From Macrostomum lignano (Eukaryota): a DNA stretch of 64,000 bases. This document shows positions 48,702 through 64,000 of this stretch, in pieces. Numbering within the stretch: the stretch's first letter is position 1; every line of letters starts with the position of its first letter. The DNA lies in assembly GCA_002269645.1 (NCBI GenBank), contig NIVC01000319.1, positions 558,001 to 622,000 of the forward strand, read 5' to 3'. The notes under the pieces were generated by a model. That model was not told where the DNA came from and did not search any database. It saw only the letters and a list, made by a program, of their open reading frames with translations. Both the position numbers and the translations under genes were made by a program.

Positions 48702-51700
48702 TCAGACAGCGGAGAAGCTCGCCAAGCCCCAGGCCAACGCCGTCGTGGCTGCCGCAGCTGTCAGCGTCAGCAGTGCAGCGGGTGAGCAGCGGCGAGCATC
48801 GGCTGCGGGGAGCCGCTTGGAGCTCCGCATCCGCATGGGCTCGTGCACCGAGCCTTCGCCGCGGCGGCCCTCGGCTCCGCCCTGCTCGTCCGGCTCCTTC
48901 GGCAGCCACAGGTCCGGCAGCTGCGGCTGCTGCGGCGGCGGCTGCGTCGGCAGTTGCGGCCGGCGTGTTGGCCACTGAGGCGGCCGCTGAGTCAAAGGCG
49001 GGAACTCCGGCACCTGCGGGGGCCACTCCGGCTGCTGCGGCGGCTGGACAGGCGGCAGCGGAGGCTCCACGCCACCGCTGGGCAGGCCGCCAATGTCCGG
49101 CGTCGGGCGCGGCGGCCACACCGGCGGCCACTCCGGCGGCGTCGGCCGCTGCGGTCGAACTGGCGGCCACTCCGGCGGCGTCGGGCGGGCAGGCAGCGGC
49201 GACTCTTCGTCGCCGGAGCCGACGGGTCCAGGCGGCTGCCGCGTTGACTCCGGCTGTTGCGGCGGCAGCGGCGGGAGCGGCGGCCTCTTCGTACTGCCCA
49301 GCCGATCGTCGGGCTCCTCGTCAGGCTGGCCGACGCCGGAGCCGCCAGTGTCGATGGGGCCGAGCTGCTGGTCGTGGTTGACTTGGTGGTGGTTGTCGGC
49401 GTTGTCGTTGTCGTCGTTGTGGTCGGAGCTGTGGTAGTTTTGGTTGTTGTGGTGGTGGTTGTCGTTGTCGTGCTGCTGCTGGTGGTGGTGGTGGGCGGCT
49501 CGGTGGGCAGCCAGAGCCGCTCGGTGGTTCGCTCGGTGTCGGGCAGCGCGGGAACCGCGGGTGGCTCGGCATCGCCGGAGCTGATGGGGCGGCTGGAGCG
49601 GCTGGGGCTGACCGAGGGCGGATGGTCGCCGCTGCCGATTCCGCCAGTCGGTCGCGACGATGACGGCGCAGGCGGCTGCGGCCACGGGGTCCAGCGCTCC
49701 AGCGGTGGGGGCGGCGGCCGAGTTGGGGCGAGCGTAGACAGCGCCAGCACCGTCGTATCGGCAGCCGCCGGCCTCCATCCAGCTGCGCCAGGACTGGATG
49801 ACGAGGCCGGAGGAGGAGCCGCGCCGCTGCCCGAGGCACCGCCGAGGACACGCACTGTCGAAGCGCCGGCGGCAGACATCGAGTTCGAGGGCGGCGGGCC
49901 CGGCAAGCCTGAGGACGCCGCGAAGTCGCCACGCTGCATCGGCAGGAGCCTAGCGAGCGTCCGCTCCCGATCGGTGGCCTCCCGGTACTCCCGGTAGCCC
50001 ACGCCTCCCCTGGGCAGGCTGGTCGCGAGTTCGATTGCCGTGCGCAGCTCAGCCTGACGAGTTGCGACCGGCTCGGCTGGGCGGGACAGCGCCGACTCCG
50101 GCACAGACACCTCCGGGTTGGCCACCAGGTCGGGGCCGCTGGTGCCGCGCCTGGACCGCTGGTAGCTGTTGGGATTTCAGTGACGGGGCATTGAGTACTC
50201 GTGAATGCTAATGAAAAAGCTAATAACTTAACATCAGTACACCAGCACTTGAGTACACAAGCACCCGATGTACACCAGCACCCATGAGTACACAAGCACC
50301 CATGAGTACACCAACACCCATGAGTACACCAGCACCAATGTGTACACCAGCACCCAATGTACACCAGCACCCAATGTACACAAGCACCCATGAGTACACC
50401 AACACCCATGAGTACACCAGCACCAATGTGTACACCAGCACCCAATGTACACCAGCACCCAATGTACACTAGCACCCAATGTACACCAGCACCCAATTTA
50501 CACCAGCACCAATGTACACCAGCACCCAATGTACACCAGCACCCAATTTACACCAGCACCAATGTACACCAGCACCCAATGTACACCAGCACCCAATGTA
50601 CACCAGCACCCAATGTACACCAGCACCCAATGTACACCAGCACCCAATGTACACCAGCACCCAATGTACACCAGCACCCAATGTACACCAGCACCCGATG
50701 TACAACAACACCCAATGTACACCAGCACCCGATGTACACCAGCACCCATCCCTCGCACAGCGGGCGCACCTGGCTACAGCGGTGCCATTCCAGCAGGCAT
50801 CAGGCCGGGGCTCCGCCTGGCAGTCCTTCTGCACCAGCTGCTCCCAGTTGAAGAAGCCGCGCAGCGCTCGAAGCTCCGCCCTGACCTGGCCGACCAGTTC
50901 GGTGAGGCGGGCCTGCCTGCTGCTGTCATCCGCTGGCGATTCCACAGTCCTCGCATCCGTAGGCCCGCCTGCGCCAGTCGCCGATGAGGCACCAATCATG
51001 GCGCCGGTTTTCAGACGCGGAGTCCCGCAGGCGCCGGTGATCCGTGCCTGCAGCTGGTCCTTGCGCTCCTGCATCTCCATGATTCCGACGCTTATGCGTA
51101 AGCCGAGCTGCCGCAACGCCTGCAGAACAGATGCGGGTTTGAGGGAAAATAAATCTCAGCAATAAATGAAAGCATTGTTCTCATGCAGTTTGGAATTTCC
51201 CCATAGCCACAGTATATCCAACAGTAAGCGGACATGCAGTACTAATTAATGGTTTTGTATGACTGAGTAGGTGAGTGAGTGAGTGAATGAGTGAATGAAT
51301 GAATCGGTGATTGAATTGGTGAAGGAGTGAAAAAGTGAAGGAGTGAATCGGTAAGTGAATAAGTGGAGGAGTGAAGGAGTGAATCGGTGAGTAAATGAGT
51401 GAATCGGTGAGTAAATGAGTGAATCGGTGAGTGAATGAGTGAATCAGTGAGTGAATCGATGACGGTGAGTGAATGAGTGAATCGGTGACGGTGAGTGAAT
51501 GAGGAATTGGTAAGTAAATCAGTGAAGGAGTAAATCAGTGTGAATGAGTGAATCGATGTGAATGAGTGAATCAGTGTGAATGAGTGAATCAGTGTGAATG
51601 AGTGAATCAGTGTGAATGAGTGAATCAGTGGGAATGAGTGAATCAGCGTGAATGAGTGATTTAGCGTGAATGAGATTTAGCGTGAATAAGTGAAACGGTG

Positions 51701-52727
51701 AGTGAATGAGTGAATCAGTGGGAACGAGTGAATCAGCGTGAATGAGTGATTTAGCGTGAATAGGTGAAACGGTGAGTGAATGAGTGAGTGGCTGCAGCGC
51801 TCACCATGCGCATGCTGCTAGCGCCGTCAACCAGTCCGGCCATTCTCTCCAGCTTGGCCAGCAGCTGGTCGAAGGGCGCCGCCAGCGGTGACAGGCCGGC
51901 CAGGCAGCCGGCGGCCACATTGGCGCACAGATTGTAGCAGGGATTCGCCGTGGCGACGCCGTCACACCAGGCGCAGTAGTGGGCGCGCATTCTGGCGCGC
52001 AGGCAGTCGGCGCTCAGCTGCACCCCGTGGCCGGAGGTGACGCCGCGCAGAGTCTCGGCCAGACTGGCCAGGCCCAGCAGGAATCGGCGCCCGGCAACAA
52101 AAGCTTTGAGCAGCTCGGCGCCAACCTGGTCTGGCGTTGAGCCGAGCGGTCTGAGGGCGGCAAATTGGCGCTTAGCGCAGTCCAGATAGCGCCGGTCCAG
52201 CTCGTAGTTGTTCATGGTGAGGGCGAACACCCGCACCGCGATGGCGTCGAACAGGTCGCTGGCCACGCCCGCCACCGGCCCGGAGGCGGGATCGCCGCGG
52301 ACGTAGGCGGCCAGCTGGTCGAAGAAGGCGGTGAAGGGCGCCTTGTTGGCCAGGTAGGAGTAGCCGTAGATGCTCTTGAGGCTGCTGTCCAGCTCGCGCC
52401 TGGAGGCCTCGATCAGCTGCAGCTGCAGGCGCTGCAACTCGAACATAAGCGAGTCCAGCCTGGCGGCCCTCGGCGACGTCAGCTCGCGCACTCGGCGGCG
52501 CAGCTCGTCGCGCGATGTTGCCAGCAGGGTGTCCTCCATGGCCCGGGAGCAGCAGGTGGCCCGCTGCTGGCAGACGGACAGGTGAGCCCCAGAGAACAGC
52601 CGGTTTACCTGCATCACGTCGAGGCCTTTGCTGGCGTAGGCGGCCGTCACGGTGCCGCAGTCGGGGCAGCCGAGGAGGCGGCCAGCAGCGGCAGCAGCAG
52701 AAGCAGAAGCAGATTCTGCAACATCAT
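48702..52727 (-). CDS. Glypican (GPI-anchored heparan sulfate proteoglycan) with long Thr/Pro stalk; 3 exons, two apparent 1-nt deletions
   Basis: Exons 52727-51805, 51119-50770 and 50165-48702. Signal peptide, then C..V..AY..KG, HLSVC...TCCS..ME, LDRRYLDC, RRFLLGL, C.RA.MR..YCAWCDG...NPCYNLCANVAAGCLA, ISVGIMEMQE, CWNGT, NPEV, several Ser-Gly sites and a hydrophobic GPI-type tail. The frame is restored by adding one base at the gggg runs 52663-52666 and 49356-49359. Confidence 0.88.
50225..50745. repeat. 17-bp minisatellite in glypican intron 2
   Basis: tgtacaccagcacccaa units. Confidence 0.9.
51260..51790. repeat. (GAGT/GAAT)-based repeat in glypican intron 1
   Basis: gagtgaatcggtgagtgaat-like units. 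Confidence 0.88.
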
Positions 52728-53589
52728 TTCACTGCCGGAGTGCGGAGCTGCTGACAGTCAGACTTTATAGAGGCCGGCTTCAAGTCGATGCCGGCTGAAA
52801 GACGACAATTTTTGCTGGGGCTGAGAATTTCTGCTTCAAGTTAAAGAAGAGAGAAAAGTTTTCAAGCTTGTGTTTGGCACTATAGACTCCTATTGCTTAG
52901 TTGACCAAATTCAATTGGGCAGGAAGGGTATTGGAAAGTGTGCTTCTGGCCAACAGCTCTCCTAACCTCAGGCAGATACACAATCAAGCTCCTAGAAGGA
53001 AGGAAGCTATGTGCTAATGTTAAGGAATAAAATTCACCGGCAATGCAGATTCCGGAAACGACAGTCCAGTCAGCGAGTCTGCAAGTCGGGATCAAGTTGA
53101 GGAAAAATTTCCCAACAGCACAGCTGTGTCCAGTTAGCGAGCGGCTTCGCTAACAGTTGTGCGTTAAAGCTTTAAGAGGCAGGGGAGGGGGGCAGTGGCA
53201 GCACAGAGAGCACCCAACCAGCCGAGGGCAGAGATAGGGGGGGGCGGTCATATATGGCTGGTTGTCTGGGCCGCAGCTTATGACTAAGACGCCGGGTGGG
53301 GGGGAGGGAGAAAGCCTGAGGGTCGATGCCGGAGACTCCGCAGATTGGGTGATGGAGAGCAGGGAGGGAGGCTGTGCAGAGGGAAAGGAAAACGAAGGTT
53401 AAAGCCGTGCAAGCCCAGTCAACCAAGGAGATCTTCAGGTAGAATTCGGAGTGGCAACTCGTCCCTAAGCACGGGTCAGAATGAAGAAGCATCGGTCGCT
53501 TGTTTCGCTGGCTGGTCCCTGATAGCCAATGCCAATCGCCAAAATGGACTCGACCACAAAAGTAATCGCAAAATCCCGATCTGATCCCA

Positions 53590-54265
53590 AGATTTTGGGG
53601 ATATTGAACCCATCCCCAAATTTCAAAGCCCCAATTTCTCCCTGATATTGACCCGATCCCCTGGATTAGGGGATGTTGACCCGATCCCCTGGATTAGGGG
53701 ATATTGACCCGATCCCCTGGATTAGGGGAAATTGACCCGATCCTGGTATTTGAGAATGTTGACCTGATCCCGGGATTCGGGGATATTGACCCGATCCTGA
53801 TATTTGGGAATGTTGACCTGCTGATCCCACGATTTGGGGATATTGACCCGATTCCTGGATTAGGGAATATTGACCCAATCCCCTGGATTAGGGGATATTG
53901 ACCCAATCCCCTGGATTAGGGGATATTGACCCAATCCCCTGGATTAGGGGATATTGACCCAATCCCCTGGATTAGGGGATATTGACCCAATCCCCTGGAT
54001 TAGGGGATATTGACTCAATCCCCTGGATTAGGGGATATTGACCCAATCCCCTGGATTAGGGGATATTGACCCGATCCCCTGGATTAGGGGATATTGACCC
54101 AATCCCCTGGATTAGGGGAAATAGATCCCATCCTGGTATTTGGGAATGTTGACCTGATCCCGGGATTCGGGGATATTGACCCGATCGCCAGATTTGAGGA
54201 TGTTGGCCCGATTTTGGGATTTGGGGATGTTGATCCGATCCCAGGATTTGGGGATATTGACCGAG
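53590..54265. repeat. 28-bp minisatellite (ggggatattgacccaatcccctggatta)
   Basis: Homogeneous centre with degenerate flanks. Confidence 0.9.
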
Positions 54266-54827
54266 CCCTATCTGAGGAAAGGAGCTGCTAGTCCAGAATC
54301 TATTCCTAGATCTCCTTGGACCCACCGACTGTCTCCCCCACCCCAAAGAACGGAGACTGCAGCTGTGCAGTGCAAACAGGGTGGGAAGCTGCTGGAGACG
54401 GGATTTTTACTGCAGCCGCTAATAACGCAAGCTTAGTGCGATGCCCAAACCCCAACCCCGCACCCAATTTCAAGAATTCCAAAAGGCGCATCATCGAACG
54501 AAGCCATCAAGGCAGCGGCGAGGATGCCCGTGGACAGCCAGGGCCTCCTTCCTACTGGCTGAATTTACGTTTCTATGCGGATAAAGGAAGGGGGGTTCCC
54601 TGCAAAGGCAAATCTGATTGCGGAGTTCGAGTCCGGCCTGCCTGAGGGGTTGTCTGCCTCCGGGGAAGGCGGCCAAATGAAATCAGAGGGCAGCCGGGCG
54701 AATTGGGAAAACGTTTTCACTTCGCGCTTTGTGGCCAGCCAGGCAGGCAATAAAAAAGTTTTCCTTAGACTGTGAGAGATTCAATTCAGACTACTGTCAA
54801 AAGTAGACGAAAAAATTCGTAAAATCG

Positions 54828-55740
54828 TGAGGATGGGTGGAGGGCGATTCCTGAGGATGGGGTGGAGGGCGATTCCTGAGGATGGGGTGGAGGGCGACTC
54901 CTGAAGATGGGGTGGAGGGCGATTCCTGAGGATGGGGTGGAGGGCGATTCCTGAGGATGGGGTGGAGGGCGATTCCTGATGATGGTGGAGGGCGATTCCT
55001 GAGGATGGGGTGGAGGGCGATTCCTGAGGATGGGGTGGAGGGCGACTCCTGAAGATGGGGTGGAGGGCGATTCCTGAGGATGGGGTGGAGGGCGATTCCT
55101 GAGGATGGGGTGGAGGGCGATTCCTGATGATGGTGGAGGGCGATTCCTGAGGATGGGGTGGAGGGCGACTCCTGAAGATGGGGTGGAGGGCGATTCCTGA
55201 GGATGGGGTGGAGGGCGATTCCTGAGGATGGGGTGGAGGGCGATTCCTGATGATGGTGGAGGGCGATTCCTGAGGATGGGGTGGAGGGCGACTCCTGAAG
55301 ATGGGGTGGAGGGCGATTCCTGAGGATGGGGTGGAGGGCGATTCCTGAGGATGGGGTGGAGGGCGACTCCTGAAGATGGGGTGGAGGGCGATTCCTGAGG
55401 ATGGGGTGGAGGGCGATTCCTGAGGATGGGGTGGAGGGCGATTCCTGAGGATGGGGTGGAGGGCGATTCCTGAGGATGGGGTGGAGGGCGATTCCTGATG
55501 ATGGTGGAGGGCGATTCCTGAGGATGGGGTGGAGGGCGACTCCTGAAGATGGGGTGGAGGGCGACTCCTGAAGATGGGGTGGAGGGCGATTCCTGAGGAT
55601 GGGGTGGAGGGCGATTCCTGAAGATGGGGTGGAGGGCGACTCCTGAAGATGGGGTGGAGGGCGATTCCTGAGGATGGGGTGGAGGGCGATTCCTGAGGAT
55701 GGGGTGGAGGGCGATTCCTGAGGATGGGAAGGAGGGAGAC
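54828..55740. repeat. 25-bp minisatellite (gagggcgattcctgaggatggggtg)
   Basis: About 36 copies with three recurring variants. Confidence 0.95.
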
Positions 55741-57238
55741 TATTGAGGATCAAATTATCTTTTTAATTGTGTATTTCTTTAATTTATTGACTTTTTGGTT
55801 TAGTTGCTAAGACAAAATAAAATTACAATTCTTTTTTTATGGCAATATGTTTGGCATATAGTAGGGGTACACAAATAATTTACTAATATATTCTAGTATA
55901 CACTTGCTAGACCTATCGCTATCTTGTTGACTATGTTCTATACTTTTGCTTCTATACTTTTGCTAGTTTTGACTAAAAGTAAAAGTTAGTTTTACAAATT
56001 GTCAAGAATTGTCAAATAATTAATCATTGAGCTTGCTATTTGCTATTGATCTGCAATAATTTATTATAGCTAGATTTGCCAGGTTGGCTAGTAGTTGTGC
56101 ATATATTAGTACTATACTATACTCTAGGGTGTCCATACATTTTTTATTTCCAAATTCTAAGTTCTTTCCAAGTTCACAATGACCCTTTTCTAGGTGGTTT
56201 CAGGTTACAAAGTGCCATTAACCAATTTAAAAATAGAAGTTGCAAACCTATTTTATAAGCAATTTTAGAATACTATCATTTTGGAAAAGAAGCTCTATTT
56301 CATGATAAAAAATTCATGCTACTATGTTGATTACTAAAAAAATCATACTTGACCATATTTTTTCCTTCAAAAACATTTTACCAATATTTATACCTATCTT
56401 ATGGATAGCAGTAGATATGACTGATTTAAATTATATATGTTTATACAAAATGTACAAAGTGAAAAAGGCATATAATTCTAAAAAAAAATAAGTTTAGATA
56501 AGCTATATACTAAATACTAATGTAAAAAGTTCAAGAGAAGCATTTAGAAATCAATGCAAAATTCATGAGGAGGATTCTCTATGTTTATATGTCTGAATAT
56601 TCTAGGACAAATTCTAAATGATTTACATAAAAATAAAATAGTTTAATAGGCCTATGACAGTTTGAATTTTTTCTTAAATATACTTATGTATTAATCTTTT
56701 GATCGAATTTCTGAAATAAATTCTATCAAAGCATAAATCTTAAACAAAATAACTATAGTTTAATCTGATATTATAAAGTATCTCCTATCAGTAAAATGAC
56801 CAACCCACCAAATTTTCCATTTTTTACTAAAGCCAAAGATGAAGCATATTTATTATAGAACTAACTTGTCCCCAAAACACATCACCAATATGACTTGTCA
56901 CTGAAAAAACATTTATCCCTTCTTTTTTAGTTTTTTTTATAGGCTTTTTCTAAACTAAGATGTTTTTAGCCAGTTTTTCCTATCTCTAGGTCTTCCAAGT
57001 GCCCTTCTAAATTCTAAGTTTTTAAGTGTTTTATTCCAAGTAGATACCTAGAATCTTTTTGAAATTTATTAGGCCTAGCCCTTTAATTTAGTTTTATAAC
57101 TTATTTAAAAGCATAATAAAATTCTTTAATTTATTACCAAACTTTTTTTTAAAAGTCAAAATTGTCAAATGACAAATATTATAAGTCTTAAATTTTATAA
57201 ATTACCCTTGGTTTAGACTTTAAGCCTATCATATTTGG

Positions 57239-57932
57239 AGACGTCGTCAAAATGGCCACACACAAAATAGCCACACTATCAAAATGGTCACATAAAACAA
57301 AAAGTATTGCAGGTCAACTTGTTCTACTCTTAATATTCTTTGATAAGCATAGCCTTTACTACAAATATTCTAAACCATTGTTATTCTTAAAGTAATACAT
57401 CAGTGCTATTGAGTGCACTTTGTGTTGTTAATAATTTTAGCTTGGGTACTTGTACCATTTGCATCAAAATGCAAAAGAAGTTAATGCATTGAGATATTGT
57501 GAAATTAATATGGACAACATGCATCCAAAAAGGGAGCACCAGAGAAGTGAAGACAAATTTGTATTTTGTGGAATGACTAGCAATTAGTTAAATGTTGTTG
57601 AAATGAAATGTTAAATGCATCACTTTGTAGACACTTTGGACAACTGTTATCCATTGTTTAAAAACAACAATTGTTCATTAATTTACTGTCAAATACACAA
57701 TTTGAAAAATGAAAAAACAAGTAAAACATTTTATATCAGAGATAACTATTACTAACTCCCATAAAGACATTTTGCACTTCTATTACAAATTATTACATCT
57801 CTTGTCTGTCTATAAATTATTACATCTATATAACTTTTTGTTTTATGTGGCCATTTTGTTGTCTGGCCATTTTGAAAATGTGGCCATTTTGTCATGTGGC
57901 CATTCCGCATATGGCCATTTTGACAGGCATCT
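57239..57932. mobile_element. MITE-like element with inverted arms built from caaaatggcca motifs
   Basis: cataaaacaaaaagt (57291-57305) is perfectly inverted at 57833-57847. About three aaaatggcca-like motifs sit on the left and five inverted copies on the right. No clear target duplication. Confidence 0.6.
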
Positions 57933-59258
57933 ATAATTTGTTAGCTATATTGGCCAGGTTACATAGCAATTATAATTTATTATATATTATATTTATATAG
58001 ATTCACCAATTGGCAAACCTAGCTAGTCTGTATAGTTGACTTCTAATTTTATAGATGTTAGGTTTTGCATATTTAATTATTTTTCAAAATTTTAACAAAG
58101 TTTTAACAATAGAAAATAATAGAAAGTTTTAGATATTGTACTAATGCACCACCCAAAAAATAGCCTACGATGTTGACTAAAAGTATTATATAGATAGCAA
58201 CAGTGCTAAAGAAACTTGTTAAGGTAGATATTGAATAAAGCCTTAGAGGTGCTAGGCATGTACATAGCCCTTAAGTAGGCCTTAGTGCGGGCCCATGTAC
58301 CTTCTATGGTGTTTGTATAGATATCTAGGTTATCAAGGTCTAGGGGTAGGCCTAGGGGCCTACAAAGTTTAAATGATTAGGCAGATAGTTGTAGGCTTGC
58401 CATTGGTCTAATATAATACATGATTTAGCAATTGGGCATGTTTAAATTGTTCAAATGTTAAAATTTGTTAAAATTTTAAAAAATAATTAAATAGGCCTAT
58501 GCAAAACCAAAGGATTGCTAGAAATTCTTTCTTAAATTCTAGGAAAACCCTAAAGCCCAACATTTTGATGGCAATTGTGAGATAGCTAATTATATCCCTA
58601 GAACTTCCTTCTATAACATAATTATACTTATAGGCCTATCATGAAATGTAACTTAAATTTTTCAATTTTTCATTTTAAATTTAATAAGGCTAGGCACTAT
58701 TATTTAAAAACTAAGTACAGTAGAAAGGCCATTAGCTAAAATGAAATATAGTATAGTCTAGATTTCAAATAAATAAATAGTGGAAAGGATGAAAAAGAAT
58801 CAAGAAAAGGAAACAGGTAAAAAAGAAAAGCAAAAAAAATTAAACTTTACAGATGACCAAATTTTGTCTTAATTTTGATTTCAAAGTTTCAAAATTCAAC
58901 ATTTAAACTAGGCCCTAATGGCTAAAGGCAAAGCTAAAGACAAAGCTAGAATCGCTAGACTTCTAGAAATTAAATAATGCTAGGCAGGCTCTGTTAAGTA
59001 AGTTATAATTTAATTTTGAAATCTGAGGTTGAATTTGGCTGAGTTGTATATGGTGAATTTATACTATTTAATACTAACAGATAGACCAATAGATAGACGA
59101 TAGAAGTAGCAAAGCAAGTCAAAGGCATGCTTTTGGCACTGGAATACGTTTCAAACGGCTATGCTATGCTAAATATGTTAGTGCCAGAACACAAGCTGAT
59201 GATTGGTTTTTTGTTTGGCTGTCATAGCAGTATTGTGGATGTAGGATGTGGACTAGAG

Positions 59259-59876
59259 CCATAGTCAGGAAGGTGTCCAGTGTACGCCGGAATGAAAATT
59301 AAGAAAAAATGTTGTGTACGCCAAAATTGAAAAGCCCTAAAAAAGCGCTTTTTGACGTACGCCAAAATTTGAATAGCCCAAAAAAGCGTACGCCAAAATT
59401 TGCAACTTAAATCTTAACTTACCTGTATGTCATCTGTTGTAACGTGAAGAAATCTAAAATACTAAAGTAATTATTGTACAGAATTAGTTAATAAGTTAAA
59501 ATAAATAACTGACTTACACAAAACTTTAGTAAAGTTTTGTTAACAATAAATCAGATTTAAAATTTACGTAATTTCAGCGTTTTAAAGATGAAAATAGATT
59601 TACCAATTCACTAAAATTGAACGATATACAATACTTTGTCGAAGTAATTGGGTTGTTTGCAGGTTTTTTAAACGTTTGTTCGTACGCCAATCACATGCAA
59701 ATATTGTAGGCCGATTTTTGGACAGATTTTTGCATGCGAAAACTGTGTTGTGTACGCCAAGAACTCTGTACGCCATTTTTCGGACCGCGTGTACGCGAAA
59801 CTGTACGCCATTTTTTGGGGGGGGGGGCTGATGTACGCCGGAAAATTCCGGCGTACGGACACCTTCCTGACTATGG
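59259..59876. mobile_element. 618-bp MITE with perfect 20-bp TIRs and an 8-bp target site duplication
   Basis: TIRs CCATAGTCAGGAAGGTGTCC (59259-59278) and GGACACCTTCCTGACTATGG (59857-59876). GACTAGAG flanks both sides (59251-59258 and 59877-59884). About 10 internal gtacgcc motifs. Confidence 0.9.
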
Positions 59877-60283
59877 GACTAGAGTACAGTGGTGGTTTCT
59901 TTGCTGCCTCAAAAAATTAGACGCTGCGGAGAAATTTGAATTTTCTGACGCTTTTTCTTCGAAACACTTGGCCGCGATTTTAAACAAATGCACTCTGTCT
60001 TCTCCTTCACATAGTCAGGCAGGCTTCTGGTAAACAGGGTGGGACAACTATTGTAGCAATGACTGAGGCTGACTGAGGCTTTTCGCGTTTATTTAAACAT
60101 AATCGAAATCTATTATAGAATACCAAATTAACCATTTTCTGGCATTAGTGCGTAGATAAAAAGCCAAATATTATCGAATCGATTTGAAAAATCTACTGTC
60201 TGAGTTTCTGTTTGCAAACTAGGCGAAACAGTATCGCAATTGCTTGTCTGTTTATTTGTCTGTCTTAGTGTCTGTCTTAGTAC

Positions 60284-60720
<437 letters not shown>

Positions 60721-60853
60721 TATTCAAAAGATTTCCAGGAACTCGAAGCCCGAGTGTAGTAAATGAGACTGCGTGGCGACCCCTTTGTATTTGGGAGAGG
60801 TTGCACAGTCAGCAGTGGTTACACATGGGAGCAGACAGGGAGCAGCAGAAGTG

Positions 60854-62776
<1,923 letters not shown>

Positions 62777-63209
62777 TCTGGGCCGAGGTGTCGCCAGCTC
62801 AGCGCTCAGCGTGAGGGGCTCAGCTTCCAGAGCTTATCAGCCAGCCGCCTTGGACTCTGGGCCAATCAGAGAGCGGCTGATGAGTAAATATTGATGAAGA
62901 ATGCCGGGTGCCAGTCGCCCTCATTGCGGGGGCAGCCTGCCGGCTCAAGTCCCACGCAGCCTCTTATCGGGAATCGTGCTGCAGAGAATTGCTCTCAAAT
63001 TATTAAGCTGACTCTGCACTTCTCATTCTGCAGTGGATGAAGGAGGCGCTGGGCCAAGAAGCTTCTTGCGCCTTGAGAATTTTACTATCGATTTGTTAGC
63101 CCTCTGGGGCTGGATTGGCCATCGAAAAATGGCTCTTCAGAAATAGGCAATTATCAACTCTGCTCTGCTATTTTCTTACAAAGCATAAAAGCTATAGCAA
63201 CGCTTTTTA

Positions 63210-63540
63210 TCGCCAATAACCATATCTGCATAGCCAATAACCATATCTGCATAGCCAATAACCATATCTGCATAGCCAATAACCATATCTGCATAGCCAA
63301 TAACCATATCTGCATAGCCAATAACCATATCTGCATAGCCAATAACCATATCTGCATAGCCATAAACATATCTGCATAGCCAATAACCATATCTGCATAG
63401 CCAATAACCATATCTGCATAGCCAATAACCATATCTGCATAGCCATAAACATATCTGCATAGCCATAACCATATCTGCATAGCCATAACCATATCTGCAT
63501 AGCCAATAACCATATCTGCATAGCCAATAATATCTGCATG
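63210..63540. repeat. 21-bp minisatellite (gccaataaccatatctgcata) upstream of TRAF
   Basis: About 15 copies. Confidence 0.93.
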
Positions 63541-63633
63541 GGTAATGTCGGTAATTTAAATAAAAAAATTCTTAGAAACAGAAAATTTGGAGCCATAAAA
63601 ATGCATTGTGGGTGCCAAAATTTGCCACGGCCC

Positions 63634-63648
63634 GTCTCCAATGGCAAC
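63634..63648. promoter_or_regulatory. Candidate RFX X-box
   Basis: gtctccaatggcaac fits GTNNCC-N3-GGCAAC; the target gene is unknown. Confidence 0.25.
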
Positions 63649-64000
63649 GCAGCCAGGCCCACCCCAAGCCTACCGCGCAGACCCGAGACAATGCGTGCTG
63701 GAATTGCTGTCGGCGCTTTTGCTGCAGCCTCTCCCGGCGCTTCTGGAAGAAGCTAGAAAATGAACTCCGTCACGCACTTGAGACGCGGGCAGAGAAGAAC
63801 TTAACTTTGCAGTTTTGAGTCGGGCAACTGGGAGTCTTGGCTAGCGGAGCTTCTGAGTGAGCGCTGCCTGCATTTTCATTGGGAGTCAGTGGAGCTGGAG
63901 TGTTTGGGCATAAACTGCCCAAGATTTTGTAGGTGCAGGACAGGAACAGGACAGGAACAGGACAGGAACAGGACAGGAACAGGATAGGAACAGGACAGGA

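Noticed and set aside
280-52770. Plus-strand GC-rich ORFs overlapping the minus-strand exons (e.g. 280-882, 17033-17779, 49257-49997, 52165-52770)
   Set aside because: Antisense shadows of GC3-rich coding sequence.

Overview
Eukaryotic (metazoan) genomic DNA, not prokaryotic: GC-rich exons joined by GT-AG introns, with nearly every long intron and intergenic gap filled by its own minisatellite. This architecture resembles the flatworm Macrostomum lignano (inference; organism not provable from the sequence). Positions 1-26.1 kb hold seven co-oriented minus-strand housekeeping genes, in transcription order GEN1, two tandem p24/TMED paralogs, CNPY3/4, SPATA20, GATC and SUGCT, possibly a trans-spliced operon. 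Positions 26-48 kb are accessory: MITEs, a foldback-like element, a deleted piggyBac, a decayed Gypsy element, a secreted-protein gene with a nonsense codon and a long low-complexity Gly/Asn/Trp-rich gene. This stretch also has a two-exon 53-aa secreted cystine-knot (conotoxin-like) peptide gene that the ORF track misses. Positions 48-63 kb carry a glypican with a very long stalk, further MITEs and a RING-less TRAF gene. Three frameshifts, all at 4-base G/C runs that need 5 bases, point to assembly errors. All exon boundaries and translations were read by hand; no database searches were run.
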